Shown in pieces: positions 51,264 through 64,000 of a DNA stretch of 64,000 nt (position 1 is the first letter of the stretch; each line of letters starts with the position of its first letter). A program made the position numbers and the translations under genes. The stretch is from positions 18,104,001 through 18,168,000 of the forward strand of contig JBHGNT010000013.1 in the NCBI GenBank assembly GCA_043228905.1, given 5' to 3'. The stretch is from Azolla caroliniana. Lineage: Eukaryota; Plantae; Polypodiophyta. Below the pieces are notes generated by a model. The model was not told the origin of the DNA. It did not search any database and saw only the letters and a program-made list of their open reading frames with translations.

Positions 51264-54200
51264 CTTGGGATCCATCAATATGACGGTAGATGAGGACGAG
51301 ATGGTGGTCTAGCTTAGAGGTACGAGCCGATCCAGATGGCTATTTGCACACGAGAAAAGCCACTGTCATTCTTTGACTTGTAATCGATGCTTCTGGTCGA
51401 AGAAAACCACGCCGATGCATCAAGGAACACACGGTCTGAGAGCCGGATGCTATACATGAAGGTGGATCGGCCCCGTGGATGTGGAGGACGAGGTGGATCG
51501 GCATGCAACTGTGGTGGCCGACAAGAGCAAGAAAGACGGCACAAAGGTGGTGTCGACAACAGTTCAGGACCCTCCACAAGTAGGGGGAGTCAAGGTGGCA
51601 CTAGAAACTGGCAAGCAAAGGCTGAAACAGAATGTTGGTACTGTGGCCAGAAGGGTCACAGAGAGAGCGAGTGCTGGAAGAAAAGGCCGATTCGGACAAA
51701 TCCGGATCTGGCAGAGCCGAACAAGGGAATCAACAACGATTGCACTACACCAAAGGGTCAAAAGGACCTAGAACCGGAAAGGGCCCAACCTTTGTGATGA
51801 AGCACTAGGCGAATTCGATGAAGAAGAGCACCTCGAAACCGAACAAGGTGTGGTACGTCGATTGCGTCAAATCATATGACAAGCCATGAAGAGTGGTTCT
51901 CATACTTAGAGAAATCGGAGCAACTGGAAGTTGTCGAAATTGGTGACGACACTCTGCATCTTATTGAACATGTCGGTGATGTCCCCCTAAGTCATATCGG
52001 ACAGAAGGGGAGACTTATGAACATGTTGCACGTCCTGACAATTACGAACAACTTGGTGTCGGTCGGACAAATTGTCGACCAAGGGATGCAGGTCCGGTTC
52101 ACCCACTTGGGGTGCTTCATCGAGGAAGAAGGCCAAATCATCGCGCAAGGCCGCCGCGAAGGGAGGATGTCCATCCCCGACACGTACAAGGCTCTTGAAG
52201 AATTCTTTATTGCATTTAAAGAATGGGTGTGTATCTTTGAACTTTTGATTGAACTTTTTATCGTGAATTTCGACACTAACCAAATACATATTGATTGCAG
52301 AAACCACCTCACTCCAAAAAAGTTGGAGATACAAATGAAGGTATGCCAAGCTCGTTTGTTATACATTTAGAACGGGTGAAGTATGAGAAGAGAATGACGA
52401 AAGGGAAGGAATTGGAAGTGCTTGAGGATTCCGAAACCTTCAAAAGTTTTTTGCACAGAACCAACCCTTTTCATTCACTGTATTATAGTATATTTAATGG
52501 GGAAGTGGGTAATAAACATATTACCCAAGAGGCACTATACTTAATTGATCGCAGACACTCCGTATGGTTTCCGGATCATGGGATCCATGTACGATGATTT
52601 GCCATACAAATATCCCTAGATCGAGAAAATGGTGAAAGACATTGCAGAATGGACCCTTGCACCATTGTATCGAATTGTCATATTCCATAACATGGGGCAA
52701 TTATTATTGGTCTTAACTACGTTGAAGTCTAGATGTTATGCGACAGAGCATATGCATTGGTAAGCTATATTTGGTTTGATTTACAATTTTATATGTTGTA
52801 AAATGTTTTATTTACATGAATTGATGATGTTAATAGGATTAAAACGAATATCACGCATAGTTCAAGAGATCGGATGGTCAGTGCCGTAGAACATCTTTGT
52901 GTGGGGTACTACGATGCGATTACAAAGAAGAAAGTTCGGGCACATGTCAATGAAAGAAACGTTGTGAACTATTATATCATGTGCCCAACAATGACAAAGA
53001 AGCTACACCATGTATCTGGCAATAAGAGCTTGGTGAACCCCTACTAAAAACCACAAAGATTGATCAATCGGTTGATCCAGGTATTCTCTAACCGAGATGA
53101 CTAGGTTTTAGATTTATTCTCTGGCATAGGTATATAATATAAGACTTATATCATTATTTTGGATTAACGTAGAATGCATCATTCAGATTATTTAAACATG
53201 TGACATTTCATTTAACTTTCAAGTACTACTACAATTATATGTGTATTAAAGATGTTCAGGAATTGCGTCGCTTTGGAAAAGGACCCTAAGCAGGTGAAAT
53301 TCATCAAAATGAGGATCCAAGGTATCTGGGATTGTCCCGATCAAGACCAAGAAGTCGGGGCAAAACATATAAATGAAATAGAGATGTTCCAGATAACTTC
53401 GAGAGAACCAATGAAACCAATTGATGATGACGCAGGGGACCTTGTAGGCTTAGAAGACGTATTAGAGTATGAACATAATCATGATTTTGCTGAGCATATT
53501 GAAGAAGCCAAAAAGGGTAATCTTGAACAAGTAGCAGATCTTGAAGAGCTCGTGTTACCAGACTTACTGTTAGATTAATAAATGCATATGACTTTTGAAC
53601 ATTGACGAACTGTAAAAGTCTCCTTTAATATAATTCGAGTTTATGTATAAAGCGGTGTCTGACTAATGGACTTAAATTTTGAGTTTAATTAGTATGTGTA
53701 CATGTTCGCTTTGGTCCCCATTCTTGTTTGCCAAGGTATTGGTGAATATGAATTTATAGTTTGACAGTTGTTATATTATTTGGCAAGTTATTGTCCAACT
53801 AATGAACTTAACGTTTGAGTTTAATTCGTATGTGTACATGTTTCCTTTGGTCTCCCTCCATTCTTGTTTGGGGTAATCTTGAATCTAAATTTATACTTTG
53901 ACATATGTTATAATTGGCAAGTTATTGTGTATGGGTTCTTTGCACATTGAAAGTGTCATGTGTCATGTGTCATTGATTGGAATAATTTTCTCAACATAAT
54001 CATGATTCTCGTAGCTGCAACCCTCACAATTTCCTTTAAGATGTCTTATATATAAATACACAAACATTTATTTTCTGGGGTGTGATTTTCATATCATGTA
54101 AAATGAAGTCACAAAATTAGCGAAAGTCAATATGATTTTCATATAATGTAAAATGGCTGGTAGTACAATCATACATGCATGGACTTCTAAACCTAATGTA

Positions 54201-54470
54201 AGAATTGGATAGACAATTTGGTAGGGAGAATTGAGACTATTGCTTTTGTGGTTCTGATATTATTTAGTTCTAAAATTTGCTAAGTTTTAATAAACCATGT
54301 ACGCATGCGTTGTACCTTCTTGAAAGACTCTTAAAATAAGTCATCTTTTAACATTGTCACCAAAATGTCAAAAAGAGAATGCGACATATTACCTGTTACA
54401 AAGGACCTGATGTTCTTTGTTTCTTTTGTCTATTACAGATTCTTTGATGTATACGCCCATTATGGGGGAG

Positions 54471-54830
54471 TGTTGAATATGGGTATATAATGGCCGTATT
54501 CACATTGTCCCATTTGGACAAACTATGATAGGACATATTTGCAATATGCTTAAAGGGAAATTGCCCTAGTTTAGTTATTATATAATTGAACTTGTAACTT
54601 GGTTTATCATGATGCCACCACTATTTCTTCATGCAACATACTTTGAATAATATAGTTACATACTATGTGCCTCTCTGGATCTCTCTCTCTCACCTTGTTT
54701 TGTCTCCATGTTGTTCTTGCTAAGTTGTCTTAACTTCATTCTGTTCAATGTCTCATTCATGCCTATGATCTTGATGTTCTTCATACAATAGTTTTGTTTC
54801 TATTTCCTTCATTGACGACCATCTCCAACA
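54471..54830 (+). repeat. Copia 3' LTR preceded by a polypurine tract
   Basis: CCCATTATGGGGGAG|TGTTGAAT...CTCCAACA. Resembles the 22651-22978 end of the full-length copia. Confidence 0.85.
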
Positions 54831-56140
54831 TCAGGTGAGCCGACAACATATGAGGAAGCTTTGGCAAGTACCAATTCGACTAACTAGCAATTACCTATGG
54901 AGTCAGAGATGAATTCCATTCGGGAAAATCAGACATGGAACTTAGTCACATTGCCGAAAAATCGACGGGCACTCTCATGTCGATGGGTCTTTCAACTCAA
55001 GGAGACTTCCAATTCGGCAATTCCCAAGTACAAAGCCAGATTAATAGCAAAGGGTTTCGTTGACGAAATTTTCTCACCCATAGTGAAGAAGACAACCCTT
55101 CGGTTTTTACTTGGAGTTGTCGTCATTGAGGACCTAGAGCTCATTCAACTAGATGCGAAGAGGGCTTTCCTTCACGGTGACTTGGATGACATTTGGACAT
55201 ACTAGGTTTCAACTATTTATGTAAATAGTGGAAAGGGAAGTTGCCCTAAGTCAGTTGGTATTTAAACTAACTCTTATAACCTAGTTGAGAGGTGGTGGTT
55301 GTTCATATTGTACTGTGCCATTGTAAAGCAAAATAATACAGTTACATTACCTTGTGCCTATTTTGATGTCTCTCTTCTCCTTGTTTTCTCTCTGATCTTG
55401 TCTTTGATTAAGTTTCGTTTACTCCTAAAATCTGTTACTGTTTGCTACCTACTTGAGATCTTCATAGGAAGAGTGTTGATTCTTGTTCCGCACTTGACGG
55501 CTAGTTTCAACACCAACTCAAGAAGAGTCCGTACGGCTTCAAATAGGAACCGCAACAGTGGTATCGAAAGTTCAACGACTTCATACAGTCGACCGATTTT
55601 TCTAGGAGTGATGAGGACCATTGCCTCTATTCGAAAATTGCTCGAGATTGGTCGCCTATCTTTCTCATCTTGTACATGGATGATATGGTGCTGTCTGGCT
55701 GAAAGGCTGAAGAGCTTGCCGAACTTGTTTGGCAATTGCGGTTGAAGTTCACAATGAAGGACTGGGGTTCATCGCGGCACATTCTCGGAATGAAGATCAG
55801 TAGGTATCTTGATCAACGACAATTGTTTTTGTCTCAGACCGACTACATCCGAAGAGTCTTAAAGCGCTTCAACATGTAGTCAACTCGATTTACTTCGACC
55901 CCACTCCCAGTCAATCTTCGATTGTCTCAGAGAGACTGTCCGACATCTGGTCATGAGGGGGAGAATATGATGTCAATACCATATGCACTAGCAATCGGCT
56001 CCTTAATGCATGCTATGGTCGCCACACGACTAGATATAGCACATGTTGTAGGAATCGTAAGTAGATTCATGCACAAACCCGACCGACTGCAGTGGAATGC
56101 AGTTGAACATATATTTAGATATATAGTGGGCACACAAGAC
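54831..56140 (+). mobile_element. Copia RT fragment interrupted by a 5'-truncated copia LTR (about 55190-55512)
   Basis: GEPTTYEEA, MESEMNSIRENQTWNLV, KYKARLIAKGF, LKKS.YG, ILYMDDM, PYALAIGSLMHAMVATRLDIA. The inner LTR ends TTTCAACA. Confidence 0.88.
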
Positions 56141-56536
56141 TATGATACAAGAGTTTGTTCAAATGAAAAAGGTGGTACGATATTGTTCATCGTTGAGGTG
56201 AAGGTTGGTATTTATATGGAAGCTCACCTCGGGATGATGGACAAAGAGGGTACTGGAGGATGGGAGTTTCGGAGACCACGGACCAGGAAGATAGGTTATG
56301 GGGTGGGCGGGCGGGCAGTCGGTCGGGTTAGCATGGAGTGAGTGAGTGAGTGTGTGTGTGTGTGAAAAGAGTGATCTTATCTCATCTCATTGTGGGAGGG
56401 CCCAATCCAATGAGTGATGAACTCACTTGATTGAGTTGTATTTGCCTTTTTTTTCTACATATGAAATTGAGTGAATGTGAAGTGAAGGATTTCTGTTGAA
56501 CACAAAAAGGAAGAAGAAGAGAGGGGAGGAAATCCC

Positions 56537-59500
56537 ATGGCCTCTGCATCTAATTACATCTCTGCCTTCATACCTGCAGGAATCGATGGTGGGCGGCATC
56601 AGTTACAACAACACAACAGATTGCCAAGATTCAACTGCAACACCAATAATTCCAAGCGTTTCATTCATATGACTGCTGCAGCAAAGAAAGGCGTCGCAGA
56701 AGCTTCCGACAGTAAGATCTTCAAATTCGGTTTTAAGAAGAATGAGGAAGATGAAAATGAGGATGAGGAAGAGGATGAAGAGGAAGAGGGTCCCGTTGCT
56801 CAGGTGATTGAAGCTTGGAAGAAGTTTAGTGAAGGAGCAGGTGTGAAAGCAGGTGGATTAGTTCCCATTGCGAATGTGCTCGGCTCCAGTGTGAATAAGG
56901 GGAGCTCCAAGAGACGAGACCCAAAGATGGTTTTTGTGGCTGGTGCAACGGGACAAACTGGGGCGAGGATCTCACAAAAGCTTCTCCGACAGGGATTGAA
57001 TGTGCGGGGCGGTGTCCGGGATATCTACGTCGCACAACAACTAGCCGAGTTCGCAACACAATACGGGGTAAGTGGAAATTGAGTTCTCTGTTCTTGGCAT
57101 CTGAGAGTGAAAGAGAGAGATAGAGAGAGGGAGAGAGTTGGGATGGAGATACAAGATACAAGATAGAATAGAATAGAATAGAATTGGGGCAGAGATACAA
57201 AATAGAATTGAGTTGGGCTGGAGATGCAAGGTAGAAGATAGATTTGGGTAGGGACTAAGTTTTAACACATGAGATACAAGATAGATTTGAGTTTGGATGG
57301 AGATATAAGGTGCAAAATATTCTTTTCTTATTGCCCTGCGAAGCTAAATATAATGAACTATAGGATCAAATGGCACATTTTTGACCTAGTGTTTGTGGGA
57401 TTTGGAAGTCATCCTGAGAGAGTGGGTGAGTGTATGTGTTTGTGTGTTCAACCCCTACATCCCCAAGGTTCATGTAGGAAATGAAGTTGGACTAGAACTT
57501 ATAAGTTCATTCACATCATCATCCTTGACATTTCCCAAGGTGATCTAATGAACAACGTTTGGAAATGCCAGAGTTGACATTAGTGAAGAACGTTTGGAAT
57601 TACTCAAAGACATGTCAATCCTGAGGTACATTCCCCAAGGCCAACTCGTGCATGAGGTTTTGACATGAACCAAGTTCAACTCCTACATTACCTCAGGTCA
57701 TCTAGTATGGTTTATGGGATCAACTCGTACATGAGGTTTGGACATTTCCCAAGATCAACTCGTACATGAGGTTTGGACATTTCCCAAGGTCAACTCGTGC
57801 ACATGAGCTTTGGAGATAAACCAAGTTCAACTCCTAAATATATTCCGTCGGGTCATCTGCTATGGTTTATGGGGTCTAAAAGTCTGACTTGAATGTCCAC
57901 GGTTGAGAAGCTTAGGTCAAACCCATTTCTATTAGGTTGCTTCTTCCTTTGGATAATGTGAGTGAAATCTCTTGAAATAAACACTTTCTGCATCAAGAGC
58001 ACATCTACTCAAAACTTCAATTGACGAGGTTTTGCCAAATCACAATCTCATGAAAGATAGTTTACACTCTGGCTAGTCTGTCTAGCATTCCAATGATATT
58101 TTGGCTCATCGAGAAAACCCTAAATCTCAATCTAACCAATGAGGTTTCACTACATTGAAACACCGTACTTGACCTGACGATTGAGAAACATTAACAAACA
58201 TTATAGTTCATTCAACTGACATACTAAAAATCACGATACTTCATATCATTGGCAAATCTTTTGCCAATATGATAATCTAACTGATAAGATTTATACATGT
58301 CACAATCACACCAGAGATTCATCAAATTTTCTTTGCTAGATCATTAATTAAACCCATGAGAATTGGACATGTTGGTCCATCATACCAATAAGCACATTCG
58401 AAAACAAGACAGTCGATTATCCTCACAAGATTTGCCATGCCACAAATTGGCGAATGAGCTGATTTCATCAAAGGAGGCGCTTGACACCTCACACAATTTC
58501 ATCATGTCACAATCCAGCCAAAACGATTTTGCCACATTCAAAAACAGTAAAATCTATATAAGTATCCAGATTTTACAATGTGGAAAGATATGAGCTGTTG
58601 TGCCTTTTGCTCACAGGAAGAAAATTACAAATTACACTATTAAACCAAAAGAGTGTGTAGTGATATTTGTCAAACGAGGATGGTTCTTAACCCTCAATAT
58701 TCGAAATTTGTTTAGATCATATCTAGAGAAGAAGCAAAACGCTTGAATGCGGTGGAGTTCGATTACAAGAATGTAGAGTCGATTGCAAAAGCTATCGGTG
58801 CCGCAGCCCAAGTGGTGGTCACAATTGGCCCAACCGAAGATGGTCCCAAATCCAATGTCTCATTTGAAGATGCATCCAATGTCATAGATGCCGCAAAGTT
58901 GGCGAACATCACCAATCTGGTGGTTATCTATGAACCAACTGGTGCAACGGTAGGAAGTGGCGATGTATCGCTAGCTGGGATCGCATCCTTTTTCACAGGA
59001 TTGTTCAACAAGCCAGTTGCAGTTTCTTTATCAGAAATCTTGGACAAGATTGTTGACTCAGAATTGAGCTATACTTTGATAAAGACAGCCCTTACTGATG
59101 GTGTGGATGATGATGACACCTCATTGCAAGTCATCGATTTACGGAAGCTTGAGTTTGGGTCCATTAGTACTTCTGGGCTTGAAACAAAGGTACCAATATA
59201 TGCTCTACTGATGTTGGTTCATGTATGATAATTAGTAAACATGATCTAATCCATGACATAATATAAGATGTATAATGCAGTGCTTTTGTAGTCTTTCTAC
59301 AGATCTCCAAAGCTCAAGTAGCTGAGGTAGTAGCTGAGGTTCTTCTCAATCCTAATTTTGCAGAGAATAAGGTAACTACACATTAACAAGGTTATTGTTG
59401 ATTTAAGTTCTTGTTAATGATGAACATATGTTGATATTGGGACATGATGACCTTAACCACAGGTCATAGATGTATTTAGTAGCACTGTGGCTGAAGAGCA

Positions 59501-60277
59501 ACGTCCCATAAGCGAGCTTCTCAGGTATAATATATTCGTAAATGCCTACTCAGACTCACGAGATAAGACTCCATCAAATATGTGTCTTCTACATATTAAG
59601 ATTTCCAGGATACATTTGATTGAGTTTAAAAAACGGAATTCCTTGTTTGTTATTTGGGTGTGCGAGCATGAGATGTTGAATTTCAAGATGATTATTTGTT
59701 GGGTGTTTTTTGTGTACTCAAAAGTGGCATACCAGTGGATGGGCGGCGTGCTGCATTGCTCGAGGCTCGGGCGGAGGCAGAGAGAGAGGCTAGGGATCGG
59801 GAGACACGGGAGGCGGCAGAGGCAGAAGCGAGGGCAGCGGCGGAAGAGGCTCGCCGGGCATTGCAACTCGTAGCCCAACTCGAGGCTGAGGCGAAGAGGC
59901 TTGGGGCAGAGGAGCTGCGGCTCAAAAGTGTCGCTGAGAAGGCGCAAGCCAAAGCCACCGCGGCTGCCGCCTCCGTCGATAGCTTGGCCTCCAAAATCAA
60001 GGAGATCGCCGGAACCTCGCCGCCCGGGTTACCTTCTCTAGAAGGTACAAATTTCAACATATTTTCTCGACGTGCGAACCCCCCGCTAGCATCGACTGGT
60101 TCCAACGCCGAAAAACCCCGACCAACTGTCTCTACTAAAGCACAAAAACCAAAAGCTATTAAAACAAGTACACCATCATCCCCCTCCACTCCTACTACAC
60201 CTAGTAGCAAGCCACAGAGCAACTCTATTTTTGGGGGTCTCTTCACCCAAGAGACTGTGTATGTAGATGAAGTTTAG
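56537..60277 (+). CDS. PTAC16: PLASTID TRANSCRIPTIONALLY ACTIVE 16-like protein (NAD(P)-binding Rossmann fold), 5 exons, about 562 aa
   Basis: Exons 56537-57067, 58716-59189, 59303-59371, 59463-59524, 59725-60277, all GT-AG and in frame. Transit-peptide-like N-terminus, VFVAGATGQTGARI, IISREEAKRLNAVE, IPVDGRR, and C-terminal FGGLFTQETVYVDEV. Confidence 0.92.
57625..57875. repeat. Nested short tandem duplications in PTAC16 intron 1
   Basis: CAACTCGT(A/G)CATGAGGTTT occurs four times (one copy variant). AACCAAGTTCAACTCCTA...TATGGTTTATGGG occurs twice. Confidence 0.75.
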
Positions 60278-62199
60278 CCTTGAAATTTCTACCAAATTAT
60301 ATGAATGTTCAAGGCAGGAAGGATTCATCCAATCTTCGATTTCACCCTAACAAAAGACACATGAAACCGTTCGTCCTCTTGGTGAATTGCAATTCCAGAT
60401 GAAACTTTTGTATATGCCCAACCATTCACATTGAATATTAACCTTTCTCATTCATAATATTTGATATAATTAATTACGATGGATTCACCAATCACGTAAA
60501 CCAATCATTGACCTAGTGAAAGGATAAGGATATTTCCGCATTTGATATTCACTCATAATATCAAATTAATGGATAGAGATCAGATTTAAGCTTTACTATT
60601 GTCACAACTTTGTAATAAGATAACACAATATCTGGGGTGGTTTTAACCAACAAACCCCTCATTATAATACTCTTATAGAGGCAATCATGGTTGCTTATTA
60701 TGGACTTCATCCCACAAGGCATCTTTTCTCACCCTAGTTAGCTATTCCTTTGATGAGCTACCTCAACAACCATATCATGGTGCATTTCACGTTCATGGTG
60801 GCCCATTTCTTGGCACAATATTTGTATATTCTCCATGGTGTTCTTGAACTTCAAGTTCTACAATCTAAATTCTTGTGGCATGTTGATCGCTGGGAGAGAA
60901 GTTGTTGGGTTCTCTCCTGTGAAGCCAACCACAAGAGAACTCTTTAAGCTCTCTCAAGTTGGGATCTTCGAGAGAGAACAAGTTTACATCGAGAATCCAT
61001 CAATAGGGCTTTGTGAAGGAAATGTTGCTCAAGTGTTCAAATCCCACAATTGGCCAAATTTTAGTATAGAATCTTAAATTTTTGTAATTGTCAGTTGGTT
61101 CACTTAAGTCTCAACATAAGTCAAGTCTCCCTTTGATAAGAAGGTAGCTAGTCTCCTTATATAGGTAGAAACCCTAGGCTCTATTGTGCTTACACTTGAC
61201 TACTTAATGTGAAGTGTTCAAGTGATAACACACTTAATGGTTATCCCACACCATAGAATTGAATATTACAATTCAGAATTAAAATGCCATCATAAGATTA
61301 GGGAAAACTATAGAAAAACCTATCTCGAGGAACTCCATTTAAGCATGATCATTTACAATCTCAACTTGGTGGGATGATAGTTCAAGTTGTCCGATGACAA
61401 CCCTTATTGCATTTGGTGAGAACATATTATCTAGATGTTTTGGTCGTATAATAAATCCTAAGTCAAAGAAAAGCATGAAACACTTCTTATAGTACAACAA
61501 TTTAGGTGGCAGTGGCTCTAGTGGGTTGATTCATTATGGTTGAGTATAAATTTGACATATTTCTTAGCGTATCACTTTATTATGGTTCCCATCGGAGATT
61601 GAAGTTATATCTATCTCGTGGTTGTATGTCTAGGTCATTTACGGAAGCCACCTTGCCACACTACTATAGCAGGATCTAGTATCTCTAGACTTATAGAGTG
61701 ATTGAGATGTCTTGAAAGCTTGACAAGGTATCCCATATTGTGATTTTGTTTTTTGATAAAAAATATGCTCCATTGGTATTAAAATTAACAATGCCAAAGG
61801 CAATGTACAAATTGTACACAATAGTTTCCACTCCATAATATATATCATCAAAAAAAGGACTACCTATCAACGATGGAATTTGGCAAGACTCAGCCTTTGC
61901 CAACGCCACCTTTGCTACAACAAGTTAGGATTCGATGAGCCCATATCTGTACTACGAAGTGTCTGAAACCCATCTTCAATTGACCACCCTTGTGATGACC
62001 TCTAAAAACCTTTCATGTTGCAACCAACATTGGCTGAATGTGATTCCGCATATATACTAAAGCTCTTCCCTCCATCCATACTCAACATGTAACCAAATTC
62101 TTGCGGCTTGGGATAAAACGTGATAGGCTGCCTTGGATAGTGCCCATCTATCATCTTCCATATCGAAACGAGCATGTCTTTCATCTCCACTAACAGTGA

Positions 62200-62903
62200 A
62201 AATGTACTTGTAATGAATCTCCCTATAAAACCAGATGATCTACATCGCCCTCACCTGAAAAAGAAAATCTGCTTCGATCCCCCACCATCTTCACTCAATC
62301 CTTATCACAAAACATAATTATGCTTTGATCGATTCGCATCAACCATCTCGCCTCTTACCACCAAAGTCCTGTAAAAATAACAACAAAAAGAGTCTCGTGT
62401 GATTCTCATCCCCTCAAGATCTGCTTCGGCCACCCCCCACCATCATCATTCATAAAAACTGACAAATTGCTTCATTCAGTCCACATCAACCATCAATCGC
62501 TAGCAAAGTCTTGTACCAATAACAACCAAATAAGTGAAAATTATTTCCTCATCCCCTCGTGATCTGCTTCAGCCCTCACACCACCAACACTCATCCTCCC
62601 GTCATGATAAATATGCTTCAAACCCCATTGCCATCATCCCTCAATCTATGATAACCATAACTTCTTCTTAACTCGACCCACATTTGAAGTGCATCTCGCT
62701 GACCCACTTGCCATAATAATCTGCTTGACCTCCCACACCAACATCACTCACCCTCATCACAAAAAACAGAAAACTAGGTTCGACATGTCCACTTCCACCA
62801 TCTCGCTATCGCCAATTAACTCAAGATTCCTGCCTCTTACCTCTAAAATCCACCAATTTGTCCAAATAACAACAAAGTAAGTGGAAAATGTTTTCCTCAT
62901 CCC
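62200..62903. repeat. Diverged tandem repeat, about 150-190 bp units
   Basis: Recurring ATCTGCTTC...CCACCA...AATAACAAC...CTCATCCC blocks. Confidence 0.55.
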
Positions 62904-63130
62904 TAGCAATGGGCCCGGTTTCAGCTCGAACCGAACCGAACCACTAAGCCGTGGCTTAATGGTTTATTGGTTTAAAGTTAAATACTTAGTTTGGTTTGGT
63001 TTCATAGTATATGATTTGGTTCGGTTTCGGTTCAGTTCGGTTTTTGGAGTTAGTGGTTTAGCGGTTTAAAGGCTTATCAGTTTATCGGTTTCGGTTTAAA
63101 GGTTTGGTTTTTAGGTTTTTAGATTTAAAA
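62904..63130. mobile_element. Probable end of a hAT-like DNA transposon
   Basis: TAGCAATGGGCCCGG start followed by dense AACCG/CGGTT subterminal repeats. No partner TIR in the window. Confidence 0.45.
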
Positions 63131-64000
63131 ATAATAATCCTAAATTCTAAGTATTGACTCTTGCCTCTTGACCCTCTTTTCTACACACCTTCACAGACTG
63201 TATACTCTCTGCTGCGCTACCTCGGTCCTCATCTTAGCTCTTAACTCCCGAGTCCTGACTCCCTAGTCCTCTTCAAAGTTCCTACTACAGTCTACAATCT
63301 ACTATAACACATTACACAGGTATGTATTGCTATACTTCCCATAATATCTCAGAACATGTCTATGCTCTTTCCTTTGAATGTTTTTGGTATACCAGAATGC
63401 AAGCATTCATTGTGGATGGGTATGTACATCACATGATATCAAGGAGCATCACATGATTTCATGTTTGGTGCATGATTACTGAATAATGCACTAATCATTA
63501 GTTTAATTTCTAGGATGATGCTGGTAGGAAATATATTGGCTTCTCTTCCACTTTCAGGATCAACAACTGGTTCCATTACATATTGTTTGCTGCATTTTAC
63601 CCAATGATTTGTTACAATGTCATTGAAAACAGATGTTACCATCATCATCTAGCAGTGGTGACCACTGCTATGGTTGTGATTAATTAAGGGATAATTCATA
63701 AGTTTCCCTTGCTAGTATCCTATGCTTTCTGCGATACTCTTCATGGAAGAAAACTTCATTTTGTTTTGTCATAATTATTTCCATTTCCAAAGCTTGTAGT
63801 CAAACCATTTGGCAATTTTGTCAAGGAGAACTTGATTTTTTAATCCATTAGATGGACTTAATGCATTTAGTCCTCAGGGTTCCTTATGGGTGCCTGATGA
63901 TCAATCCATCATTCAACACCCTACAATAAATAAGTTCATGTACAGGTTTCTCTTAGACAGATACGAAAGCAAGGAACTCTTTGAGCTCATTCAGAAAGAC

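Larger units (their letters stand above)
48681..52170 (+). mobile_element. Ty1/copia element: 5' LTR (ends 49344), iMet PBS 49345-49356, gag-protease, truncated
   Basis: ...TTACA|TGGTATCAGAGC. gag TEKLNRSNYASWSYKMHQYLLGHG, knuckle CWYCGQKGHRESEC, protease WYVD..SNHMT. The LTR start is uncertain. Confidence 0.88.

Noticed and set aside
60600-61260. LTR-like sequence downstream of PTAC16
   Set aside because: Termini, TSD and PBS could not be defined.

Overview
Eukaryotic nuclear DNA from a seed-free land plant, most likely a fern. This is inferred from a plastid insertion that keeps unedited C-to-U codons, from PLS-type PPR remnants and from large TE-filled introns. Two intact host genes lie on the + strand: a 28-exon trifunctional plant tRNA ligase (RNL, 10834-36906, about 1091 aa, two GC-AG introns) and a 5-exon PTAC16 (56537-60277, about 562 aa). 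The rest is nested TEs and remnants: a tRNA-Trp-primed Ty3/gypsy-like family with TGTCG...CGACA LTRs (six copies or fragments), several Ty1/copia elements (one full-length with TSD), LINE remnants, a hAT-type MITE, two PPR pseudogenes and a roughly 3.5 kb NUPT (atpH-atpF-atpA-trnR-trnG). The most striking signals belong to the gypsy-like family. Its LTRs carry a tRNA-like Pol III A-box/B-box/T-arm cassette in U3. Three of its 5' junctions share TA(C/A)GT|TGTCG, and two of these fall at the same base of the YVDD catalytic motif in two different copia RT genes. All coordinates were read by eye and no database searches were run.
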